A DNA stretch of 64,000 bases, taken from positions 2,080,001 to 2,144,000 of the forward strand of contig CAVUDW010000002.1 of NCBI GenBank assembly GCA_963740355.1, written 5' to 3'. The first letter of the stretch is position 1, and each line of letters starts with the position of its first letter. Under the pieces are notes generated by a model. That model did not search any database and was not told where the DNA came from. It was given only the letters and a program-made list of their open reading frames with translations. Below, piece after piece: positions 17,105-27,714 of this stretch. The translations under genes were made by a program, and so were the position numbers. The stretch is from an uncultured Gemmatimonadaceae bacterium (GTDB taxonomy: Bacteria > Gemmatimonadota > Gemmatimonadetes > Gemmatimonadales > Gemmatimonadaceae).

Positions 17105-18823
17105 ATGGCCGCCGTTCGTCCTTCCGTTCATTCCGTGGCCATTGGTGCCGCCGCCCGCTCAGTGTGGACGCCCGTTCGCTGGCTGGGCTGTGGTCTGCTC
17201 GTCATCGGCTGCAGTCGCGGCCCTGGGGCCACGGCGCCATCGCCGCGGCCGCTGACCAGCGCGTCGGTGGAGCAACGATCGATGGGCACGGGTGACGCGC
17301 CCGTGCTGGTCGCGTCGTTTGACGGCCTTGGCAATGGATTTACCGGACCGCAGGGCCGCGCGGCGCTGCGCAATCCGTCCGACAACACCCTCGCCGTCGG
17401 CCGCGACCACATTGTGCAGATCGTGAACACGCGTCTGGCGATCTTCAGTCGGCAGGGCGCGCAGTTCGACAGCACCGGGCGCACTCTGTACGGGCCGGTG
17501 CCAACCAACACCGTGTTTCGTGGGGCCGGTGGCGCGTGCGAATCGCGCAACAGCGGGGATGCCGTGGTGCGATACGATCAACTCGCTGATCGCTGGCTGA
17601 TCGTGATGCCGGTGTTCCAGCGGAGCGCATGGCATGCTGACGATCCGCCACCGTTGCGTGCCGGTGCACCTGCCGTGGCGAGTCGCCCCTTCCGCGCCGC
17701 GCAGCCAGGGCCGGCCGTTACGCTCTATGTCCCACCACCGGTCCGCGACTCGGTCGCGCTCCGTCCGCCCGCGACGCGTGACTCGGGGATGTACGCGATG
17801 TGTTATGCGGTCAGCGCCTCCGAGGATCCACTCGGTGGATGGTATCGCTACGAATTCATCCGGCCGCTCTTTCCCGACTATCCGCGTCCTGCGGTCTGGC
17901 CTGACGGGTATTACATCCCGACCAGCACGGGTGACGACGTGATCGAGAAACACGCCTGCGTCGCCGATCGCACGCGGATGCTGCGTGGTGAGGCCGCGAC
18001 CGAGCAATGTGTGGTGATCGCGGACGTGAACTTCCTCAACAACGTCGATCTCGATGGCACCACGCTACCGCCCCCGGGAGCGCCCAACATCATGCTCGCC
18101 GCAGGTGGCACACAGCTGCGCGAGAAGCTGGCCGACAGCGTGTTGCTGGCGTGGTCGTTTCACGTCGATTGGGAGAACATTGCACTGACCCGCGTCGATG
18201 GCCCGACGTACATCCCGGTGGCACCGTACGCCTACATGTGTGGTGGACAACTCACCAACTGCGTCTCGCAACCTGGTACCGACCGCAAGCTCGACTCGCA
18301 GGGCGACAAGCTGATGCCGCGGGTGGTGTATCGCCGGATCGGTAACCGTGAGTCGATCGTGGCCGTTCACGCGATCAACGGTGCGATGTCCGGTGGCGGC
18401 ATTCGATGGTACGAGCTGCAGCCCGCTCGTGATCGTGCGCTCCGTGTGATCCAGCAAGGCACCTACCTGCCAGACAGCAGCTATCGCTGGCTCGGCAGCC
18501 CGGCCATGGATCGCTTCGGCAACATCGGCATCGGCTATTCGTTCGGCGGTGCGCCTGCCTACCCGGGGCAGCGTTTCGCGGGCCGACGACCGAAGGATCC
18601 GCCAGGGACACTTGGGCTGCGCGAGCAGGTGCTGGTCGAAGGCGCGGCCGCGCAGAGCACCACCCTCCGCTGGGAGGATTACACGCAGACCGCCGTCGAC
18701 CCGCGGGACGATTGCACCATCTGGTATGTGGGTGACTATCTGCAGGCCGGGGCCACGGCATATTCCACGAAGATCGGGGCGTTTCGCATGCCGGGCTGCA
18801 CTGGCCGGCAGGTACGTCGCTAG
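17105..18823 (+). CDS. exported, Cys-rich hypothetical protein (probably beta-rich)
   Basis: 572-aa ORF with coding-like codon usage, possible lipobox (VIGC), motifs PSDNTLAVG, DYPRPAVWPDGYY, RWEDY; family not recognised. Confidence 0.75.
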   Translation: MAAVRPSVHSVAIGAAARSVWTPVRWLGCGLLVIGCSRGPGATAPSPRPLTSASVEQRSMGTGDAPVLVASFDGLGNGFTGPQGRAALRNPSDNTLAVGRDHIVQIVNTRLAIFSRQGAQFDSTGRTLYGPVPTNTVFRGAGGACESRNSGDAVVRYDQLADRWLIVMPVFQRSAWHADDPPPLRAGAPAVASRPFRAAQPGPAVTLYVPPPVRDSVALRPPATRDSGMYAMCYAVSASEDPLGGWYRYEFIRPLFPDYPRPAVWPDGYYIPTSTGDDVIEKHACVADRTRMLRGEAATEQCVVIADVNFLNNVDLDGTTLPPPGAPNIMLAAGGTQLREKLADSVLLAWSFHVDWENIALTRVDGPTYIPVAPYAYMCGGQLTNCVSQPGTDRKLDSQGDKLMPRVVYRRIGNRESIVAVHAINGAMSGGGIRWYELQPARDRALRVIQQGTYLPDSSYRWLGSPAMDRFGNIGIGYSFGGAPAYPGQRFAGRRPKDPPGTLGLREQVLVEGAAAQSTTLRWEDYTQTAVDPRDDCTIWYVGDYLQAGATAYSTKIGAFRMPGCTGRQVRR

Positions 18824-18917
18824 CGGTACTCGTTCCATGCCCGCTGCGAGCAGCAGAGGCAGCGGGTCACATCCTCTGTTCCACACGTTTCACCGCTCAC
18901 ACCTCCTCAGTCTTTCG

Positions 18918-20234
18918 ATGCGAATTCGCCGCGTTGTACCAGCCGTTCTGGTGACACTCGTCGCCACATTGGCCGCGTTGCCGTTGACGGCACTGCCGTT
19001 GATGGCGCAGACGACCTACCCGACTTCATGGGATGCTGCGCTGCTGCGCCGTCCTGATGTGCGCGCGGCCCTGGCGTATGTCGAGCAGGGCATGCCGAAG
19101 CATGTGGACGAGTGGGTGACGATCGCCGAGATGCCGGGGAAGTCGCGCAGTGAGGCACAGCGCGGCGCGTACGTGAAAGGGGTGATGGAGGCGGAAGGAC
19201 TGCGCGTCAGCGTCGACTCCATCGGCAACGTGACCGGCGTACGGGCAGGAACGGGTGGTGGGCCGACGGTCGTCTTCGCTGCCCATCTCGACATCGTGCA
19301 CGCATTGGAAACGAACCTCAAGGTGCGGCGCGCAGGTGATTCGCTGCACGGGCCCGGCATCTTCGACAACAGCGCCAGCGTCGCCAACATGCTGGCCACG
19401 ATTCGTGCGTTGAATGCGGCAAAGATCCGCACGAAGGGCAACCTGGTCTTCGTCGCGACGGTGCAGGAAGAGCTCGGCCTTCGCGGCATGAATTACTGGT
19501 TCGAGCACAACCCCAAGCCAGACCTGCTGATCTCGATGGACGGTGGATTGGGCCCGATCAACTACGGCGCGCTCGGCATCTACTGGACGAAATACGTGTT
19601 CACCAGTCCAGGGTCGCACACCGTCACCTCGCGCGGCAAGCCGACTCCAGTGAAGGCGCTGGCCGATGCGATCCAGCGCATCTACGAGCTGCGCTATCCC
19701 GCGTTGCCCGAGGGCGCGGTGATCAACGTGGGGCAGGTCCACGGCGGCGTGATCTACAACGGCGTGCCGCAGGAGCTTTTCTTCACCGTCGACTTGCGGT
19801 CACCTGATCCGATTCTCCTCGATTCGCTGGATCGCACCATCGGTCGCATCGTGCAGGACGCCGCGACGAAGGAGAAGGTCGGCCTGCGGGTCGAGGTGGA
19901 GCAGAAGAATCAGGCTGGCGGCACCACCGCACAGCTGGAACCAGCGCGACGTCATCCGCTGGTGCAGACGGCGATCGACATCCAGACGCAGCTTGGGATC
20001 GTCGGCCTTCCCGGTGCGCCTGAAGCAATCGCCACAGGCAGCACCGATGGCAACGTCGGCGTCGTGCGCGGTGTGCCGAGCATTGCGATCGGCCGGTCAT
20101 ACGGCGGCAACCAGCATACGCTCACCGAGTGGGCCGATGCTCCGAGCGCCTTGCCAGCCACCAAACTCGTCCTGCTGCTGGCGGTCACGTTCGGCGATGG
20201 GATCAAGACCGTCACCCAGCATCCAATTCCATGA
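18918..20234 (+). CDS. exported M20/M25/M40 family metallo-hydrolase
   Basis: Signal peptide; AAHLD, GIFDN, VQEELG, GSTD, NQHTLTEW. Confidence 0.88.
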   Translation: MRIRRVVPAVLVTLVATLAALPLTALPLMAQTTYPTSWDAALLRRPDVRAALAYVEQGMPKHVDEWVTIAEMPGKSRSEAQRGAYVKGVMEAEGLRVSVDSIGNVTGVRAGTGGGPTVVFAAHLDIVHALETNLKVRRAGDSLHGPGIFDNSASVANMLATIRALNAAKIRTKGNLVFVATVQEELGLRGMNYWFEHNPKPDLLISMDGGLGPINYGALGIYWTKYVFTSPGSHTVTSRGKPTPVKALADAIQRIYELRYPALPEGAVINVGQVHGGVIYNGVPQELFFTVDLRSPDPILLDSLDRTIGRIVQDAATKEKVGLRVEVEQKNQAGGTTAQLEPARRHPLVQTAIDIQTQLGIVGLPGAPEAIATGSTDGNVGVVRGVPSIAIGRSYGGNQHTLTEWADAPSALPATKLVLLLAVTFGDGIKTVTQHPIP

Positions 20235-20242
20235 CCAATGTC

Positions 20243-20279
20243 ATCACGCGCGGATCATCATCGATGACCCGCGCGTGAT
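20243..20279. terminator. hairpin between convergent genes
   Basis: ATCACGCGCGGATCATC/GATGACCCGCGCGTGAT 17-bp stem with one mismatch. Confidence 0.65.
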
Positions 20280-20309
20280 TGCGTTCGAGCAGCGGGTTTG
20301 GTGCCGCTG

Positions 20310-21800
20310 TCAGAAGCTGACGATGGTACGCAGCGTCGTCACAGTGCCGCGGTGCATGCCTAGATCGGCCGTGCGCCGCGAGACGTGTTGCAGGTCCGCC
20401 ACCAACGAGAAGTGTGTGCTGAGCGGGAGCTGATAGAAGCTTTCGTGAATCAGCTCATGGCCGTCCAGCCAACGTGCCCGCGTTACGCCAAGGCCAAGTA
20501 CGTCGCCGGTACGATGGGGCAGGAGGCCTGCGAACGTGAGCCCGCCGCCGTCGTGCGATTGGATCGATTGCACATGCGGGTCGGAGCGACCGAGCTGCGC
20601 AAATCCCGCAATCGTCGGTCGCACCTCATCCGCCCCTGCGGCACCCTGCCACAGTGTCTGGTCGAGCGTCGCGTACCAGCCGTGGGTGCCCGCGACGGCT
20701 GGCTCCGCGTCCGCTGCGGCATCGGCGGCGAGGAAGATGCCGTTATGACGCCAGGCACCCACACCCAGCTTGCCGGCCAACTGTGCGCCGCCAAGTGACC
20801 ACTCCTGCCGGAGTTGGCCAATGTGAAAGAGCGACGCGTGCCCCACCTGGGCAGGCGCGCCATCGAGGCCGTCAAAGACACCGAAACTGACCGACGTCGA
20901 GCCGCGTGGGCTGACGACCAGGTTCGCGCCATTGCTCGGCAGCGGGAACGTTGGTGCGGCGGTGATGCTGGGTGAAAACCCCATCGACGCATTGAGGAAG
21001 CTCGCGCCGTTGTCGGTGCCGGCAAACTCGGTGTTGAAGTCGAGACGCCCGGCCTTGATGCGCACACGATCGGAGAACAGCCGCTGCTCGAGCCAGGCTT
21101 CCCCGAAGGCGCTGAAGTCGTCTGCATCGATGTTCGAGAAGTTCTGCGAGAACGACGCGGCTCCGGACCCGTTGCGACCGGTCTTGCTCTTGTATTGCGC
21201 GAAGCCCGACAAGCCGCGTACGCCAGCGATCGAATCGAAGTCCATCGCGATGGATGCCATGCTGTGGGTACGCAAGGCCCGTGCGGCCGACATCGCACCG
21301 GTGCCACCAGAGGCATCGGAGATCTCTGAGAACGACAAGCTCACGCCGGGATGCGAAATGATCGCGCGCCAATCGGCCATCGGTGCGCCGACCGCGACGC
21401 CGCCAATCGCACCAGCGATCGGGTTCGCCGTCAGCGGGTGGAGGCGGGCATGATTGGTTCGTAGAGCGACTGGCGCGGCGTCGACGTGTGAGATCGGCGG
21501 CAGTTCAGGAGTCGCAGTAATCGTGACTTCGCTGGCCATGTCGAGCGATGTCGTCGCGCTCGACCCGGTGCTGATCGACAACGGGCCATTCTGTGCCACG
21601 GTCGTGGCGGCAACTGCGCTCTTTTGCGCGCGCACCTCCTGCGGCAACACTTTCGACGACGGCGTTGGCGTCACGGCGTCTGCGACAAGGTTGGTATCTT
21701 CGAGATCACGCGTCGATGCCAGCGCAACGCGTGTGGCCGTGAATGTCAGGACACCGACACCGCTCACGAGGAGCAGCTTCAGTCGGTGCACGACGGACAT
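20310..21800 (-). CDS. OprB-family carbohydrate porin with low-complexity N-terminal extension
   Basis: EAWLEQRLFSDRVRIKAGRLDFNTEF, ESFYQ...ADLQ, terminal Phe; start uncertain. Confidence 0.8.
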   Translation of the reverse strand: MSVVHRLKLLLVSGVGVLTFTATRVALASTRDLEDTNLVADAVTPTPSSKVLPQEVRAQKSAVAATTVAQNGPLSISTGSSATTSLDMASEVTITATPELPPISHVDAAPVALRTNHARLHPLTANPIAGAIGGVAVGAPMADWRAIISHPGVSLSFSEISDASGGTGAMSAARALRTHSMASIAMDFDSIAGVRGLSGFAQYKSKTGRNGSGAASFSQNFSNIDADDFSAFGEAWLEQRLFSDRVRIKAGRLDFNTEFAGTDNGASFLNASMGFSPSITAAPTFPLPSNGANLVVSPRGSTSVSFGVFDGLDGAPAQVGHASLFHIGQLRQEWSLGGAQLAGKLGVGAWRHNGIFLAADAAADAEPAVAGTHGWYATLDQTLWQGAAGADEVRPTIAGFAQLGRSDPHVQSIQSHDGGGLTFAGLLPHRTGDVLGLGVTRARWLDGHELIHESFYQLPLSTHFSLVADLQHVSRRTADLGMHRGTVTTLRTIVSF

Positions 21801-22077
21801 GGCTGGGCGGCGCGTCGAATGCTGAGCTGAGCGATGGTCCATCGAAACGGGGAGCAGGGGTGGTGAGAGCGTGTCAGGCGACACACGACACCTCTACTCG
21901 AGCCCGGTGCCTGACAAGCAGTCTCGGCCATTCACTCCCACTTCATGAACCCCGGATATATCTGTCTCGCACACATCTGTTTTTTATCGCCACGCCGTCG
22001 ACAAGTGAACGTTTGGCGCCGCCATGCAAACGCTCGGGCGAAGCGTCGAGTGGGGGCCGTAAGCGATCGTCGTGGCG

Positions 22078-24798
22078 CTACTTCCCGATCCAGCGCGTGA
22101 ACTTCACCAGGAACACGTGCCGGCCAGGATCCGCGAAGGTGCGTGCTGCCTGACCCGCGATGCCGTCACGCACCTCGGCAAAATCCTGCTCGCGCTGCTG
22201 CGACCAGACGAGGAAGAGCGCGGAGCCCGGACGGTATTCCCAGCGCAGCACGGCATTGCCGCGCAGCGCACGCACGGTGAAATCCTGGTTCGGAATGTCG
22301 AAGGCTGCGGCCGGCCCGCTGCCATCGGGATCGACGTTGATCGCACCGCCGCCGAGCGGCGTGACCGTGCCTCGATCCACACCGTATTCTGCGAATTCGA
22401 AGCGGCGCGGCGTCGTGAACTCCTTGAAGCGAGAAAACTGTCCCGACGCGGCAAACGGCTGGAGGAAGAGTTGCAGCGACAGCCATGGCGAGAACGTCCA
22501 GTCGAGTCGTGTGTCGAGTCGCACGGAGCGCTGCTGCACATTGGCAAACACGTAGCGCGCACTCGCGAACGTTGCCAGCGCCAGCGGATCCAACACCGCC
22601 TGGATGTACTGCCCGGTCGTTCGCTGCGTTTCGTAGGATGGTCCAACACGAATTCGCGCTTGCGGGGCAGGGCGCCAATCGAGCGAGACGCTGGCGCCCG
22701 TCATCGACATGCCGGAGGCGTCGGTGCTGCGCACCAATTCCGTCTCCATGATCACCGACTTCCGACCGTCGCTGCTGAGACTGAAACGATTGACCAGGGC
22801 ACTCGGGCGCATTGCCATCGGTCCGCCACGCAGCAGTCGATCATTCTGCGTCTTTGGAGAGAACGACCCGAAGAATTCGACGCTCCAGAAATTCAGGAAC
22901 TGGGTCCCGACGGTCCATGCCATGCGCTCCTCGACGCGCTCACCGCCGAAGTTGTCGCTGATCGTGCTGAACACCCCGAGCTCGTATTCGCGGGCGAGCC
23001 TCGACTGCAGCGGATTCCGATAGGTGAGTGATGTCGAGACGGTGCGGAAGTCGGAGCGAAACTGGAACCCGACGTCATTGACCTCGAAGCCCGGACTCGT
23101 CTGCTCGTACGTGACCGAACCAAGCACCCGTTCCCCGCCACTCTTCGCGATGGTCAGCGCGCCGTAGTGGCCACCGAGCGAGGTGCGCGTGGGGTCGTAG
23201 GTGAGATGCGTCGCATCTGGACGCTGCAGGCTGCGATAGTTGGCGCGCTGCAGGCGCGTGATCGCGGCCTGATCACCCCGCACCGTGCTTCCGGCCAGCA
23301 CACCACTCACCGTCCACGTGCGTCGCTGCCAGGCCGATTCCCAATCCATGCCGAGGATGGTGGCGGACGAAGGCAAGCGAACGGCCAATGAGGTGTCCGC
23401 GATGTCGCGGCGTACATCAGAGATGAATCCGCCGATGCCCGCGTTGCCACCGCGGAGCAGCTTCCGGACGCGCGTCACGTGGTAGTTGGTCAGCGGTTCG
23501 GCTGACTCCTTTCGAATTCGACCAAGTGTGTCCAGCACATCGGCGTTCTCGCGCGCCGTGATCGCGTTCAGTGACCCGACCTGCCATCCGGAGGGTGTGG
23601 TGCCCGAAAGCTTCAGGGCGCCAAGAATGGGTGTCTGCGCGCCCACCCCAACGGCATCGATGTCGCCGCCGCCTGGGACTCGCTGCGGCGGCCGGCCGAT
23701 ACGGCGGGTGTAGAAGAATTTCGGCGCGTCGTTGTCGTTGAACGTCCGTGTGGCGCCGAACGCGAACCCGTCCGCATTCTCGAGGAAGAATGGTCGGCGC
23801 TCGGGAAAGAACAGCTCGAATGCGGACAGGTTGACGACCGCCGGGTCAGCCTCGACCTGCCCGAAGTCCGGATTGACCGACGCCGTGAGCGTGAGTGACT
23901 GCGGCAGCTTGAGGCGGATGTCGCCCCCGACGGCGACCGCCACGTCACGCGCAGGAACGAAGCGGTTTCGCGCGACCGTCGGTTGTGTCTCGAGTTGCGT
24001 GCGGATGTACGGGACCAACTCGATGCGCGACGCCGGTAGCAGCGAATCGAGCCCGACGAGATCGCCGAATCGCGACACGATACCTGGCGCATCCGGCGGT
24101 GTCGGCGACCAGTATGATTCCTCGCCGTGGCGCGCCAGTTCACGCGAAAAATTGATGCCCCAACGCCGCGTCGCGCCGCCAGCGTCGCTGGCGTTGTACC
24201 GGAGCTGCGACAGGGGGATGCGGAACTCGGCGGTCCAGCCACTGCTATCGGTCTTGGCGGCCACGTTCCACACGGCATCCCAGAGCGGGTCTTCCTGGTC
24301 GTCGTTGTAGAGGTAGCTATCGCGAAGGACGCCGCGTGGATTGACGCCGAACACGAATGCCGTGCGGCGATCGCCATAGCTGTCGAATCCGATGTTGAAC
24401 CAGTCCGAAAAGATGTCACTCGCGTCGCGCCGCCCGAGCTGCTGGGCGATCGAGTCGGGCGCGGTGTCGAAGTTTCGCACGCCGACATAGATCGCATCGC
24501 GGTCGTACGCGACGCGCACTTCCGAGCGCTGCGATCCTGCTGCGCCACCGCGTGGTGCCCGTTGTACGAACCCGCTTACGGGTGTCGCAGTGCGCCAGAT
24601 CGCTTCGTCCAACCGTCCATCGATGACTGGCGCGGACGCCACCCAGACGGCGGTCACCGTCTGACGTCCCGCTGCCGGCGCAGTGCGCGGTTCCGGAGCC
24701 GATGGTTGAGCGAACGCAGGCGAGAAAGGAACTCCAAGGACTGCAGCGAGCGCAGGAGCAGCGCACCGCGAAATTGCCGAACGAATACAGAAGGTCAT
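22078..24798 (-). CDS. exported DUF5916 protein with N-terminal CBM9-like domain
   Basis: PVIDGRLDEAIW, GWTAEFRIP, VNPDFGQVEAD, FFPERRPFFLE, RWEYRPGS motifs. Confidence 0.85.
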   Translation of the reverse strand: MTFCIRSAISRCAAPALAAVLGVPFSPAFAQPSAPEPRTAPAAGRQTVTAVWVASAPVIDGRLDEAIWRTATPVSGFVQRAPRGGAAGSQRSEVRVAYDRDAIYVGVRNFDTAPDSIAQQLGRRDASDIFSDWFNIGFDSYGDRRTAFVFGVNPRGVLRDSYLYNDDQEDPLWDAVWNVAAKTDSSGWTAEFRIPLSQLRYNASDAGGATRRWGINFSRELARHGEESYWSPTPPDAPGIVSRFGDLVGLDSLLPASRIELVPYIRTQLETQPTVARNRFVPARDVAVAVGGDIRLKLPQSLTLTASVNPDFGQVEADPAVVNLSAFELFFPERRPFFLENADGFAFGATRTFNDNDAPKFFYTRRIGRPPQRVPGGGDIDAVGVGAQTPILGALKLSGTTPSGWQVGSLNAITARENADVLDTLGRIRKESAEPLTNYHVTRVRKLLRGGNAGIGGFISDVRRDIADTSLAVRLPSSATILGMDWESAWQRRTWTVSGVLAGSTVRGDQAAITRLQRANYRSLQRPDATHLTYDPTRTSLGGHYGALTIAKSGGERVLGSVTYEQTSPGFEVNDVGFQFRSDFRTVSTSLTYRNPLQSRLAREYELGVFSTISDNFGGERVEERMAWTVGTQFLNFWSVEFFGSFSPKTQNDRLLRGGPMAMRPSALVNRFSLSSDGRKSVIMETELVRSTDASGMSMTGASVSLDWRPAPQARIRVGPSYETQRTTGQYIQAVLDPLALATFASARYVFANVQQRSVRLDTRLDWTFSPWLSLQLFLQPFAASGQFSRFKEFTTPRRFEFAEYGVDRGTVTPLGGGAINVDPDGSGPAAAFDIPNQDFTVRALRGNAVLRWEYRPGSALFLVWSQQREQDFAEVRDGIAGQAARTFADPGRHVFLVKFTRWIGK

Positions 24799-24930
24799 GA
24801 TGGGAAAGTTATCGACCGCTGGAACTGGATCTCGTCCGCGCTTTACTTCCCGTCGACAGCAAACGTTGGCCGCGTGTCGTTGAATTCGATCGGCGTCCGG
24901 CACTTTTCACCTCGCACCGAAAGCCACCAC

Positions 24931-25392
24931 ATGTTGAGCGACTCTGCCCTCAGGGCGCTGAAGGTGCTGCATGTGTTAGCCGCAATCCTTTTCGTCGGCA
25001 ATGTGATCGTGACCGGCGTCTGGAGCGCGCTGATGTATCGCGAACGGCGGCACGCCGACTTTCGCCTCGCCGCGCGTGCAATCGTCGTCACCGACTGGGT
25101 CTTCACGCTTGGCGGTGCGATCCTGCTCGTATCGACCGGCGTTGTGCTGGCAGTCGGGCGCGGCTTTCCGATGTGGGAAACCCGCTGGATTCGCGAAGCG
25201 ATGATCGGGTTGTTGCTCTCCACGGCGGTCTGGTTGGTGGTGCTGGTGCCGGCTCAGCGCCAGCTGCTGCGCATCGCCCCGGAGCAGGAGGTGCTGCTGC
25301 AGCGCACCTACCAGCGCTGGAATGGCGCCGGCTGGCTGGCGGCGGTGCCGCTGCTCTGGTCGCTCTGGTGCATGGTGTACAAGCCGGCCTGA
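24931..25392 (+). CDS. DUF2269-family membrane protein
   Basis: LKVLHVLAAILFVG, TDWVFT, C-terminal WCMVYKP. Confidence 0.8.
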   Translation: MLSDSALRALKVLHVLAAILFVGNVIVTGVWSALMYRERRHADFRLAARAIVVTDWVFTLGGAILLVSTGVVLAVGRGFPMWETRWIREAMIGLLLSTAVWLVVLVPAQRQLLRIAPEQEVLLQRTYQRWNGAGWLAAVPLLWSLWCMVYKPA

Positions 25393-25512
25393 CGCCGCGG
25401 CAGGCACAACGAAGCAGTCGCCGGGAGCGTTCTCCGGGCACAATCGCCGTGGCGCGTGGGCCGTCGGCCCGCCCCTGCGGGATGCCCGACCTCTTTCCCC
25501 ACGGATTTCCCC

Positions 25513-27654
25513 ATGAAGCACACCTGGTTGGCTGGTGTGGCATTGGCCGCAGCGGCCAGCGCCTCACTGCATGCGCAGGAGCGCGAGGACCGTACGCTCC
25601 TCACGCAGGCCGAGATGACCGCGATCATCAACGAAGTCTCCGGCGAGCGCGCCATGCATCACCTGCTCGAACTCGTTCCCTATCAGCGCGTGCGGCCGCC
25701 AGAGGAGTACAGCGGACCGTTTCGCGAGAGCCGCGTGATCGCTGACTTCGCGAAGGCCTACGGGTTCAGCAACGTCAAGACCGTCGTGTATCAACAGGGC
25801 CAGTCTGCGCCGCAGCCCTCACAGGGCGAGCTCTGGATGACCACACCGAAGAGTGTGAAGCTCTTCGACATCCATGACATCCCTCTCGCGCTTGTGTCCT
25901 TGAACGCCAATGGCGACATCAGCGGCGACTTGATCGACGTCGGGCCGGGCCGCCCGGCAGACTTCGAGGGCAAGGATGTGAAGGGCAAGTTCGTGCTCAC
26001 TTCGGGCGCCACCGCCTCCGTCTTCCAGACGGCGACGCAGCAGGGTGCACTCGGCGTGCTCGGCGTGAGCGCGATCGGCTACCAGCGCAGCGTCGACTTC
26101 CCGAACCAGATCGTGTCGTCCACCGCACTGGCACAGCCCGGAACCGTGGCCTGGTCGGTCACGCCCGAGGTTCGCAGCAATCTCTCGGCGCTGCTCGTGC
26201 GCGGCGAGAAGATCACGATCCGCTCGATCACCAAGAGCGCGATGGTGCCGACCAAGGCGGAGTATGTCGTGGCCGAAATTCCCGGCGACGGCAGCACCAC
26301 GCAGGAAGTGGCGATCAGCGGCCATCTGTACGAGGGGCTGATCAAGCAGGGCGCCAACGACGACAACTCCGGCTGCGCACTGATCCTCGAAATCGGCCGC
26401 GCCTACATCAAGTTGATCGCGGAGGGCAAGCTGCCGCGTCCGAAGCGCACCATCAACTTCCTCTTCGTGCCAGAGATTGCGGGTACCAGCGCGTACCTGG
26501 CGGCGAACCCGGACAAGAAGGCGAAGATCATCGGCACGCTGAACTTCGACATGGAAGGCATTCGCGTGTCGCAGAGCCGCTCGTTCTGGGTCCTGCAGCG
26601 CACGCCGGACACCTTCCCGAGTTACCTCAACGACATCGCGCAGAGCATGATGGAGTACGTCGCCGACATCTCGCGTGAGCGGGTGCGGTTCCGTCGTTCG
26701 CTGAGCGGCTATGCGCCGACGCAGCCAGTCGAGTCACCGCGCGGCAGCAAGGATGCTTTCTACATCAAGATCGACAAGCACTACGGGTCGAGCGATCACG
26801 TGGTGTACCTGGCCAATGGCATCCCGGCCGTGATGTTCATCACCTGGCCGGACATGTGGTACCACTCGTCGGAGGACACCCCGGACAAGCAGGACCCGAC
26901 GCAATACAAGCGTGCGGCCGCCGTCGGGCTGGGCAGCCTGGCCGTGATCTCGCGCGGCACCGACGACGTCGCGGCACGTGTCGTGAACGACAACCTGGGT
27001 CGCGGACTCTCGCGCATGGGTGAGTCGCACACGAAAGGACTCGGCTACATGGCGGATGCCTCCGATGCCACCTCGCTGATGACCGCGTACAAGGAAGCGC
27101 GCAATGCCATCCGTCATCAGGCGGAGATCGAGAAGGCGGTCGTGCGATCTGCCGGCGTGCTCTGGACCGATACGGCGCTTGGCCGACGTCGCACGGTGGC
27201 GTTCGAGCCGCTGATCGACTCGCGGGCCGGCGCGCTGGTGAACGAAGTGCGTGCGGCGTACCAGTTGCAGGCGATGCAGCGAAACATTCCGGCGGCCGAG
27301 CCGGTGGTGACGGCCGAGGAGCGTGAGGCCGCCACGCTGGTCGTCGAGCAGGTGGGCAGCACGGCACCTGCAGGTGTTCCAGGTGCGGGCGGCGGCGGCG
27401 GTGGCGGTGGTGGTCAGCGTCCGCCGGCACCGGCAGCCACGCCAGCGGGTGGTCGCGCCGCCGCGCCGGCTGGCTTCCCTGATGAGTTCAACGCTGAATT
27501 CACGATCCTGCTGCGCAAGAACATGACGGTGGCGCAGATCCGGGATTTCCTCTCCGGTGAATTCACGCCGCTGCCGCTGGCCGATGTTTTGGCCGTGCTG
27601 CGCAACCGCGAAGCTCGCGGTCAGATCAAGTTGGTCCCCAAGGCCAAGCGCTGA
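25513..27654 (+). CDS. exported M28 family peptidase (PA domain)
   Basis: Signal peptide; SGHLYE, GANDDNSG, PEIAG, NFDM, SSDH, WYHSSED. Confidence 0.87.
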   Translation: MKHTWLAGVALAAAASASLHAQEREDRTLLTQAEMTAIINEVSGERAMHHLLELVPYQRVRPPEEYSGPFRESRVIADFAKAYGFSNVKTVVYQQGQSAPQPSQGELWMTTPKSVKLFDIHDIPLALVSLNANGDISGDLIDVGPGRPADFEGKDVKGKFVLTSGATASVFQTATQQGALGVLGVSAIGYQRSVDFPNQIVSSTALAQPGTVAWSVTPEVRSNLSALLVRGEKITIRSITKSAMVPTKAEYVVAEIPGDGSTTQEVAISGHLYEGLIKQGANDDNSGCALILEIGRAYIKLIAEGKLPRPKRTINFLFVPEIAGTSAYLAANPDKKAKIIGTLNFDMEGIRVSQSRSFWVLQRTPDTFPSYLNDIAQSMMEYVADISRERVRFRRSLSGYAPTQPVESPRGSKDAFYIKIDKHYGSSDHVVYLANGIPAVMFITWPDMWYHSSEDTPDKQDPTQYKRAAAVGLGSLAVISRGTDDVAARVVNDNLGRGLSRMGESHTKGLGYMADASDATSLMTAYKEARNAIRHQAEIEKAVVRSAGVLWTDTALGRRRTVAFEPLIDSRAGALVNEVRAAYQLQAMQRNIPAAEPVVTAEEREAATLVVEQVGSTAPAGVPGAGGGGGGGGGQRPPAPAATPAGGRAAAPAGFPDEFNAEFTILLRKNMTVAQIRDFLSGEFTPLPLADVLAVLRNREARGQIKLVPKAKR

Positions 27655-27666
27655 GAAACGCCCGCG

Positions 27667-27698
27667 GCAGTGGGATGGGCCACGGCTCGTCCCACTGC
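27667..27698. terminator. hairpin between convergent genes
   Basis: GCAGTGGGATGGGCC/GGCTCGTCCCACTGC stem with G-U pairs. Confidence 0.6.
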
Positions 27699-27714
27699 TG
27701 CAGGCAAGTCTCGA

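Noticed and set aside
27385..27415. (GGC/GGT)n trinucleotide run
   Set aside because: In-frame poly-Gly linker of the M28 peptidase, not a phase-variable tract.
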